Assembly (NCBI GenBank): GCA_043814095.1
Contig: JBDRKI010000059.1
Span: forward strand, 1 to 14,258
Direction of reading: 5' to 3'
Length of the DNA stretch: 14,258 nucleotides
From: Armatimonadota bacterium
Lineage (GTDB): Bacteria; Vulcanimicrobiota; JACPDS01; JBDRKI01
Shown: positions 8,147 through 14,258 of the stretch, piece by piece
How the letters are laid out: the number at the start of each line of letters is the position of its first letter
Position numbering within the stretch: position 1 is the stretch's first letter
Translations under genes and position numbers: made by a program
The notes under the pieces: model-generated
What the model was told of the DNA's origin: nothing
The model's input: the letters and a program-made list of their open reading frames with translations, nothing else
Database searches by the model: none

Positions 8147-9028
8147 CTACCATCCTCTTGTCTGGAGAAGTTCTTTTTCGTCAAGCTGGGTTATGTCTAA
8201 GCCTTTCATGGGCACCCCTATCCCCGCGCTTATATCAGCCAGAACTTTGGGATCATTATAGTAGGTTGTCGCGTCAACTACGGCTTTTGCCCTGGCCTTG
8301 GGGTTGTCTGATTTAAATATACCCGACCCCACAAATACACCGTCCACTCCCAGCTGCATCATCAATGCCGCGTCAGCCGGTGTCGCTATGCCGCCTGCCG
8401 CGAAATTAACAACGGGGAGATGCTTCATTTTTTTAACCATTTTGACGAGTTCATACGGAGAACCGGTATTTTTAGCGTAAGCCATTAATTCTTCTTCCGG
8501 CATATTTATTATTTCCGTTATCTGCCTGTTTATTGTGCGCACATGCCTTACCGCTTCAACAACATTTCCGGTACCGGCCTCACCCTTTGTGCGGATCATG
8601 GCGGCTCCTTCGCCTATTCTTCTTAACGCTTCGCCTATATCTCTGGCGCCGCATACAAAAGGAACTTTGAAATCCCATTTATTTATGTGGCATTCTTCAT
8701 CCGCAGGAGTTAAGACTTCGCTCTCGTCAATATAATCCGCGCCGATAGCTTCCAGAATCTGCGCTTCCGTAAAATGACCGATTCTTGCTTTAGCCATAAC
8801 GGGTATCGTAACAGCATCCATTATCTCCCTTATTATTTTAGGATCTGCCATTCTGGCGACCCCGCCTTCCGCCCTTATATCAGCCGGCACTCTCTCTAAA
8901 GCCATTACGGCGACAGCGCCTGCTTCCTGCGCGATAACCGCCTGCTGGGCGGTTGTAACATCCATTATGACCCCGCCTTTTAACATCTGAGCAAGTCCTG
9001 ATTTTACTTTAAATGTGCCCTGTTTCAT
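8147..9028 (-). CDS. pdxS: pyridoxal 5'-phosphate synthase lyase subunit
   Basis: [61 protein letters not shown] and C-terminal RGW. GGAGG SD. Confidence 0.98.
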   Translation of the reverse strand: MKQGTFKVKSGLAQMLKGGVIMDVTTAQQAVIAQEAGAVAVMALERVPADIRAEGGVARMADPKIIREIMDAVTIPVMAKARIGHFTEAQILEAIGADYIDESEVLTPADEECHINKWDFKVPFVCGARDIGEALRRIGEGAAMIRTKGEAGTGNVVEAVRHVRTINRQITEIINMPEEELMAYAKNTGSPYELVKMVKKMKHLPVVNFAAGGIATPADAALMMQLGVDGVFVGSGIFKSDNPKARAKAVVDATTYYNDPKVLADISAGIGVPMKGLDITQLDEKELLQTRGW

Positions 9029-9030
9029 AA

Positions 9031-9975
9031 TTATCCCTCCATTAATGTAGCCATTATTGCTTTCTGTATATGGAGACGGTTCTCCGCTTGATCAAAAACT
9101 ATTGAATGCGGCCCGTCCATAACTTCATCGGTTATCTCTTCGCCCCTGTGCGCGGGCAGACAGTGCATAACCAGCACATCTTTAGACGCTTTTGCCAGAA
9201 GCGCGCCGTTTACTTGATAAGCTTTAAATTTTTCATGGCGCTCCTGCGTTTCTTTTTCCTGACCCATGCTTATCCATACATCAGTATATATAATATCGGA
9301 ATTTTTGATATACTCGTCTATATCCGATCCTATATTTATTACAGAACCGCTTATCTTTGCTTTTTCCCTGGCAATCTCTACTATACTTTTATCCGGCGAA
9401 TAACCGCCGGGATGTATGATATTAACATTAACGCCCAGATCGGCGCCGGCCAGCAAGAGGGAATTCGCCATATTGTTCCCGTCTCCTATATAGGTTAATG
9501 TAATCCCCTCTAACCTTCCTTTTTTCTCTAAAACGGTAAAGTAATCGCATAATACCTGGCAGGGATGCTCAAGATCAGAGAGCCCGTTAATCACCGGAAC
9601 CGTGCCGTATTTCGCAAGGTCTTCTATTGTTTTATGCGAATAAGTCCTTGCCATAATACCGTCCACGTATCTTGACAAAACCTTAGCGGTATCAGCTATG
9701 GTCTCGCCCCTGCCCAGCTGAAGATCCGATGATGAAAGGTAAAGCGCATACCCTCCAAGCTGGTACATGCCTGCTTCAAAAGAAACCCTTGTTCTTGTTG
9801 AAGATTTTTCAAAAATCATTCCCAGAGTTTTGCCCTTTAGAAGATGGTGCTCTATGCCGTTCTTCTGTTTTTCTTTCAGCTGGGCTGCAAGGTCAAATAG
9901 ATACTCCATCTCTTCTTTGCTGAAGTCACGGTTTGAGGTAAGGCTTCTTCCCTTTAAGCTTATTGTATTGTTCAT
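9031..9975 (-). CDS. argF: ornithine carbamoyltransferase
   Basis: SSTRTR, HPCQ, GDGNN, DVWISMG (OTC-type SMG loop), HCLP and QAENR. AGGAG SD. Confidence 0.96.
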   Translation of the reverse strand: MNNTISLKGRSLTSNRDFSKEEMEYLFDLAAQLKEKQKNGIEHHLLKGKTLGMIFEKSSTRTRVSFEAGMYQLGGYALYLSSSDLQLGRGETIADTAKVLSRYVDGIMARTYSHKTIEDLAKYGTVPVINGLSDLEHPCQVLCDYFTVLEKKGRLEGITLTYIGDGNNMANSLLLAGADLGVNVNIIHPGGYSPDKSIVEIAREKAKISGSVINIGSDIDEYIKNSDIIYTDVWISMGQEKETQERHEKFKAYQVNGALLAKASKDVLVMHCLPAHRGEEITDEVMDGPHSIVFDQAENRLHIQKAIMATLMEG

Positions 9976-9996
9976 TTTTTCTCCTTTTCTATTGAT

Positions 9997-10410
9997 TTAC
10001 AGGCTATTTATATAATTTATCATCTCCTGCTTATTTTTCTTGCCGGTAAAATTAACTAATTTTTCAAAATCTCTTTTGTAAATAATAGTCTCCGGGAGAT
10101 ATTTATTTTTCTTGTATTTTTCTACAAAGCTTCTATTATCCGCACTTTCCACATTGATTTTTAAAAATATTATTTTATTCCCGTATGTGTTCTCAAGCTC
10201 ATTTATGACCGGCAGATACGCATTGCTCTCGGAACACCAGTCAGCGTAAAAAACCATAACCAGAGGTATATGCTTCTGGTTCGCTATCTCGTATACTTTA
10301 TCGGGAGAATATTTGCCTGCCTGCTGTGACAGATTTTCGGCAGATGCTCCAAAAGTAAAACATAATGCGAATAACATTATAAAAGCGGATAATACTATTT
10401 TTTTACTCAT
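9997..10410 (-). CDS. exported thioredoxin-fold protein with atypical CXXS site
   Basis: Signal peptide ending ASA, MVFYADWCSES at the active-site position, FLKINVE, cis-Pro position YLPET and FTG. Confidence 0.8.
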   Translation of the reverse strand: MSKKIVLSAFIMLFALCFTFGASAENLSQQAGKYSPDKVYEIANQKHIPLVMVFYADWCSESNAYLPVINELENTYGNKIIFLKINVESADNRSFVEKYKKNKYLPETIIYKRDFEKLVNFTGKKNKQEMINYINSL

Positions 10411-10447
10411 TTACCATCCCCGTTTTCTTATACTTAACTTATTTTAA

Positions 10448-10475
10448 ATTATAACATTTAATCTTAAAATTTCAA
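10448..10475 (-). promoter_or_regulatory. sigma70-type promoter TTGAAA-N16-TATAAT with extended -10 TG
   Basis: Minus strand: TTGAAA (10470-10475), a 16-nt spacer ending TGT, then TATAAT (10448-10453), 37 nt upstream of the ATG at 10410. Confidence 0.65.
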
Positions 10476-10495
10476 GGTTTATTATGAAAATTATA

Positions 10496-10541
10496 TATAT
10501 TATATTAAAAGCACTTTAAAGGACACTTTTAATATAATATA
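10496..10541. repeat. perfect 16-bp inverted repeat with 14-nt spacer (hairpin, terminator or operator candidate)
   Basis: TATATTATATTAAAAG (10496-10511) is the exact reverse complement of CTTTTAATATAATATA (10526-10541). The spacer contains the palindrome CTTTAAAG. Confidence 0.8.
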
Positions 10542-10572
10542 ATTCATTGAAAATCATTAAAAATAAAGGTTT

Positions 10573-11415
10573 TTATAAAGCACTCTTTAATACTATATCA
10601 CCCACCTTGCAATTTATGTGTCCGGCAATTACCGGACATTTTATCCTTATCAGGAAAAATACGGGTTTTTTCTCACCGGCAAGGGCTTCATAGTTGCCCT
10701 GTCCTTTGCTTATTATCATTTTTGATTCTTTATAAATCTTTAAAAATTCGGGGGAGCACAAATTCAATATGGTGCCCGCGGCATCAGAACCAGAAGAGAT
10801 GACCCTGGAAACTTTATCAAGCCCGCAGAAATAAGCGTCCCTTTTCATGGCGTCATTTATCGCGGGTTTTTCCTTTACGGCGAAGATAACTTTCTTGTGT
10901 AAAGCTTCAATTAAAATCCTGTCAAAAACTATCTCTCCCGCATTATCCGCCAGGTATAATACCGTATCGGTTTTCTTTAATGCTTTCTTAAACTTGTCAT
11001 AATCAAATATCGTAAATTTTTTCTTTAAACATTCTTTTATTTCTTTCTCCACGTTAAATTTCTGCTGTGATCCGTAATCAATTATATTGCCGGCTATCGC
11101 AAGCCGTATGCTTGTTAAAATTTTGTTTTTTGACGCATTTACTTTCTTTTTTAACGAAGGATAAAGCTTCATGGCTTCCTTATTGCTCTGGTCTTTTATC
11201 TTTCTCAAGGGATCTCTTACCCCTGTAACATCCCCTATAAGCTTATAAATAATCCTGGCTATCTCGGGAGGAGTTAAATCAAGCGGTATCCCGGGAAGGG
11301 TATCCGCAAGCTCGTCTAAAACTTTCTTCTGCATTTTTTTGCCTGCGCCCGCGAGCCTCGCCGCTTCCAGAGCCTGCCTGAAAAAACAGGGTATACAGTC
11401 CAAACACGTTCTCAT
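10573..11415 (-). CDS. DUF89 / ARMT1-like damage-control phosphatase
   Basis: N-terminal CLDCIPC, GNIIDYG, DNAGEIVFD, INDA, KGQGNYE and IKC motifs. GGAG SD. Confidence 0.92.
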   Translation of the reverse strand: MRTCLDCIPCFFRQALEAARLAGAGKKMQKKVLDELADTLPGIPLDLTPPEIARIIYKLIGDVTGVRDPLRKIKDQSNKEAMKLYPSLKKKVNASKNKILTSIRLAIAGNIIDYGSQQKFNVEKEIKECLKKKFTIFDYDKFKKALKKTDTVLYLADNAGEIVFDRILIEALHKKVIFAVKEKPAINDAMKRDAYFCGLDKVSRVISSGSDAAGTILNLCSPEFLKIYKESKMIISKGQGNYEALAGEKKPVFFLIRIKCPVIAGHINCKVGDIVLKSAL

Positions 11416-11467
11416 TATATATACTCCGGCTATAAGATTCCTACATCCATCTTCTTCTTTTCACATT

Positions 11468-11496
11468 AAAGGATTTTTATCCTGCGGATAGAAAGA
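11468..11496 (+). promoter_or_regulatory. possible sigmaH-like promoter
   Basis: AAAGGATTT-N11-ATAGAAAGA against the Bacillus sigmaH consensus RNAGGAWWW-N11/12-RNNGAATWW; the -10 is imperfect. Confidence 0.3.
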
Positions 11497-11535
11497 TAAA
11501 TTTAGTTTGAAACAACAATCAAACCCCCTGTATTA

Positions 11536-11808
11536 ATGAGGAAGGGAGAACAAAAGGTGCCGATTGTAACAGCCAAAGAGAAAATAAGGGTTGTAATAAT
11601 AACAACTCACCTGCGCCTTGAAGGCGAGATGCATGTTATTCCGGGCGGGAGACTTTTAGATGAAATAAACAAGGAAAGGGTTTTCCTTCCGGTAACGGAT
11701 GCCACTATTTATGATATGCACGGCGAGAACATAATAGACACGCTGGAATTTATTGCCGTAAACAAAAACCAGATACTCTTAATCGCCCCCGCAAACCAAT
11801 CAAAATAA
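11536..11808 (+). CDS. small conserved hypothetical protein (resembles DUF6812-type proteins)
   Basis: Pattern GEMHV...RLLDEIN...FLPVTDA.IY...FIAVNK..I, recognised from memory and not searched. The start may be GTG 11557, which has GGAG 8 nt upstream. Confidence 0.75.
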   Translation: MRKGEQKVPIVTAKEKIRVVIITTHLRLEGEMHVIPGGRLLDEINKERVFLPVTDATIYDMHGENIIDTLEFIAVNKNQILLIAPANQSK

Positions 11809-11828
11809 CTCCCGGAGAGGTAGTAACA

Positions 11829-12524
11829 ATGAAAATTAAATATTTTGGACACAGCTGTTTTTTTATTTGTTCCGGAAGCGGGCTCACCATAATAACAGAC
11901 CCCTATTCAAAAATAGTGAAATACCCCCTGCCCGAAGATATCAAAGCGGACATAGTCATACAGTCGCATGAACATTATGATCATAACGCCGCGAACAGAA
12001 TAAAAGGCAGTCCGAAAATAGTAAAGGGCAGCGCCGGCTACAGCGCCGAATCCGAGCTTAACTTCCCCGAATTTGGCCGGACATTAACATTTAAAAGCAT
12101 GCCTGTTCATCATGACGCCGACAGGGGCAGAATAAAGGGGATAAACAACATCTTTACATGGATTCTTGACGGGATAAATTTCTGTTTTCTCGGCGATCTG
12201 GGATATTTATTATCCGATGAAGAAATAAGAATGCTGGGAAAAGTTGACGTTCTGTTTATACCGGTAGGCGGCCTTTCCACTTTAAATTCCGAAGACGCAA
12301 AAATTCTAACCGGAAAGATTTTACCGAAAGCTGTTTTTCCCATGCATTATAAAACACCGGTAATTGAAAACTTAAATCTGGCCGAAGAAGATCTGGCGCG
12401 GTTTATAGGCAAAATTGATTATGAAAAACAACTGGACCGGGAAGAAGTTGAATTTGATAAAGACTCGCTCCCCGGGGAAACTACGGTATTTACTTTTAAA
12501 GAACATGCCGGGGGCTCAGAATAA
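11829..12524 (+). CDS. MBL-fold metallo-hydrolase
   Basis: GHSCF, TDPY, SHEHYDHN (HxHxDH), VHHD, LGDLG, IPVGG and PMHY. GAGG SD. Confidence 0.92.
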   Translation: MKIKYFGHSCFFICSGSGLTIITDPYSKIVKYPLPEDIKADIVIQSHEHYDHNAANRIKGSPKIVKGSAGYSAESELNFPEFGRTLTFKSMPVHHDADRGRIKGINNIFTWILDGINFCFLGDLGYLLSDEEIRMLGKVDVLFIPVGGLSTLNSEDAKILTGKILPKAVFPMHYKTPVIENLNLAEEDLARFIGKIDYEKQLDREEVEFDKDSLPGETTVFTFKEHAGGSE

Positions 12525-12551
12525 AAAATATTAATCATGCTGTGAGGAAAT

Positions 12552-14168
12552 ATGACAAAATTTATTTTTATAACAGGCGGAGTGGTTTCATCTATAGGAA
12601 AGGGAATACTGGCGGCATCCCTTGGCAGACTTTTAAAAACCTGTTCGTTAAAAATAAATATACAGAAACTGGATCCTTACATAAATGTTGACGCAGGCAC
12701 AATGAACCCCTACCAGCACGGTGAAGTGTTTGTTACCGATGACGGGGCAGAGACAGACCTTGATCTCGGCCATTATGAGAGATTTATAAACGAGAGCCTG
12801 TCAAGAGACAATAACATAACAACGGGAAAAGTTTACGGTGCGGTTATTTCCAAAGAAAGACACGGCGACTACCTCGGAGACACGGTAAGAGTTATACCGC
12901 ATGTAACTGACCAGATAAAACACTGTATTTTAAAAAGCGCGAAAGATTCCAAAGCCGATATATCAATAGTTGAAATCGGCGGCACCGTGGGCGATATAGA
13001 AGGACTGCCTTTCTTAGAAGCGATAAGACAGATGAAGGTGGATCTGGGCCATCAGAATGTATTATATATCCATGTAACCCTTATTCCCCACCTCGGCGCC
13101 GCCAAAGAACTAAAAACAAAGCCCACGCAGCACAGCGTAAAAGAATTAAGAAGCATAGGAATCCAGCCCGATATAATCGTGTGCAGGACAAGCCAGGGCT
13201 TAACACGGGATATGGTGGAAAAAATAGCCCTTTACTGCGATGTGCCTGCTGAAAATGTTATTGAATCAAGAGATGTTGACTGCATTTACGAGATACCCCT
13301 TATCCTCGCGAAAAACAACCTTGAAAAAACAATATTAAAGCATTTTAACCTTCTCGGAGCGAGAGTAAACCTCGCGAAATGGATAACAATAAACAATGTA
13401 ATAAAAAAATCTTCCAGGATCATAAAAATAGCGCTGGTCGGCAAATACATAGAGCTTAAAGACGCGTACTTGAGCATAACCGAAGCCCTTAACCACGGCG
13501 GGATAGCGAACAAAGTTAAAATTGAAATAATTAAGATAGACGCGGAGACACTGGCTAAAGAGGGGGCTAAAAAATTCCTCTCAAAAGCAGACGGCGTACT
13601 TGTGCCGGGCGGGTTCGGCACGCGCGGCATAGAAGGCAAAATAAAAGCCATTGAATACGCCAGGACAAATAAAGTGCCCTTTCTGGGGATATGCTACGGG
13701 ATGCAGTGGGCGGTAGTTGAGTTCGCCAGAAACGTATTAAAAACTAAAGACGCGAATTCAACCGAAGCAGATAAAAACACAAAGAATCCTGTTATAAGTC
13801 TTTTAACCGAACAAAAATCAATCACCGATATGGGCGGGACAATGCGCCTGGGCGCGTATACCTGCAAAATCAAAAAAGGAACATCCGCTTACAAAGCGTA
13901 TAAAAAGGAAGTCATTGAAGAAAGGCACCGCCACAGGTATGAATTCAATAACTTTTTTAAGGAAAAACTTGAAAAGGCCGGCTTGATCATAAGCGGCATA
14001 AATCCCAAAAGAAATTTAGTTGAGATAATAGAGATTAAAAATCATCCGTGGTTCACGGCAGTGCAGTTCCATCCGGAATTTAAATCGCGGCCCAATAAGC
14101 CGCATCCCCTTTTCAAAGATTTTATAAAAGCCGCCTGCACGCGCGCTGAAAAAACAAATAAAGAATAA
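12552..14168 (+). CDS. pyrG: CTP synthase
   Basis: [66 protein letters not shown] and QFHPE. Confidence 0.99.
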   Translation: MTKFIFITGGVVSSIGKGILAASLGRLLKTCSLKINIQKLDPYINVDAGTMNPYQHGEVFVTDDGAETDLDLGHYERFINESLSRDNNITTGKVYGAVISKERHGDYLGDTVRVIPHVTDQIKHCILKSAKDSKADISIVEIGGTVGDIEGLPFLEAIRQMKVDLGHQNVLYIHVTLIPHLGAAKELKTKPTQHSVKELRSIGIQPDIIVCRTSQGLTRDMVEKIALYCDVPAENVIESRDVDCIYEIPLILAKNNLEKTILKHFNLLGARVNLAKWITINNVIKKSSRIIKIALVGKYIELKDAYLSITEALNHGGIANKVKIEIIKIDAETLAKEGAKKFLSKADGVLVPGGFGTRGIEGKIKAIEYARTNKVPFLGICYGMQWAVVEFARNVLKTKDANSTEADKNTKNPVISLLTEQKSITDMGGTMRLGAYTCKIKKGTSAYKAYKKEVIEERHRHRYEFNNFFKEKLEKAGLIISGINPKRNLVEIIEIKNHPWFTAVQFHPEFKSRPNKPHPLFKDFIKAACTRAEKTNKE

Positions 14169-14187
14169 TTGAAACGGTAAAATAAAA

Positions 14188-14258
14188 ATGAAGAAAGTTA
14201 ATTTCATGAAAAAAAATATACCGTTAATTTTAATTTCAATATTATTCCTTGTCATCTT
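14188..14258 (+). CDS. 5' fragment of a probable exported/membrane protein, truncated by the window edge
   Basis: Open frame MKKVNFMKKNIPLILISILFLVI (basic N-region plus hydrophobic stretch) starting 19 nt after the pyrG stop; the second Met is an alternative start. Confidence 0.5.
   Translation, partial: MKKVNFMKKNIPLILISILFLVI

Noticed and set aside
9031..9975. Putrescine carbamoyltransferase, suggested by the nearby decarboxylase
   Set aside because: It has the OTC-type DVWISMG loop, and no agmatine deiminase or carbamate kinase is nearby.
10225..10240. Selenocysteine or stop-codon recoding at the thioredoxin active site
   Set aside because: The codons are TGT and AGC with no in-frame TGA.
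12525..12551. Bacillus-type pyrG attenuation leader (reiterative G transcription)
   Set aside because: Only 27 nt separate pyrG from the upstream gene, with no promoter or terminator hairpin.
1762..14255. Alternative ORFs in the six-frame track (e.g. 1762-1992, 2002-2292, 3700-3903, 4939-5199, 5596-5871, 9106-9498, 12110-12343, 13286-13651, 14016-14255)
   Set aside because: They lie antisense to well-supported genes and have no recognisable motifs; shadow ORFs.
1..14258. CRISPR array, rRNA/tRNA, transposase/integrase or defence genes
   Set aside because: No spaced direct repeats, RNA-gene signatures or matching protein motifs were seen; intergenic gaps are short.

Overview
AT-rich bacterial chromosomal segment, mostly housekeeping; gene content suggests a Terrabacteria-type lineage (inference). 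A tightly packed leftward run of ten genes (10410->1485) follows a good sigma70-type promoter: exported CXXS thioredoxin-fold protein, argF, pdxS, pdxT, YjbQ, a PLP-dependent Arg/Lys/Orn decarboxylase, a Ycf45/SpoIIIAA-like ATPase with R3H domain, tmk, holB and ricT(yaaT). tmk is split by one extra A in an A9 run. To the left are a secreted pilin-like hypothetical protein and a divergent rhomboid protease. To the right are a DUF89 phosphatase and a rightward run of a small hypothetical protein, an MBL-fold hydrolase, pyrG and the start of a truncated gene. I found no rRNA, tRNA, CRISPR array or mobile element. The best leads are the homopolymer frameshift in normally essential tmk, the fimbrial-subunit-like protein, the R3H-ATPase within the tmk-holB-ricT cluster, the CXXS thioredoxin and a perfect 16-bp inverted repeat near the operon promoter. 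No new system is demonstrated from sequence alone.
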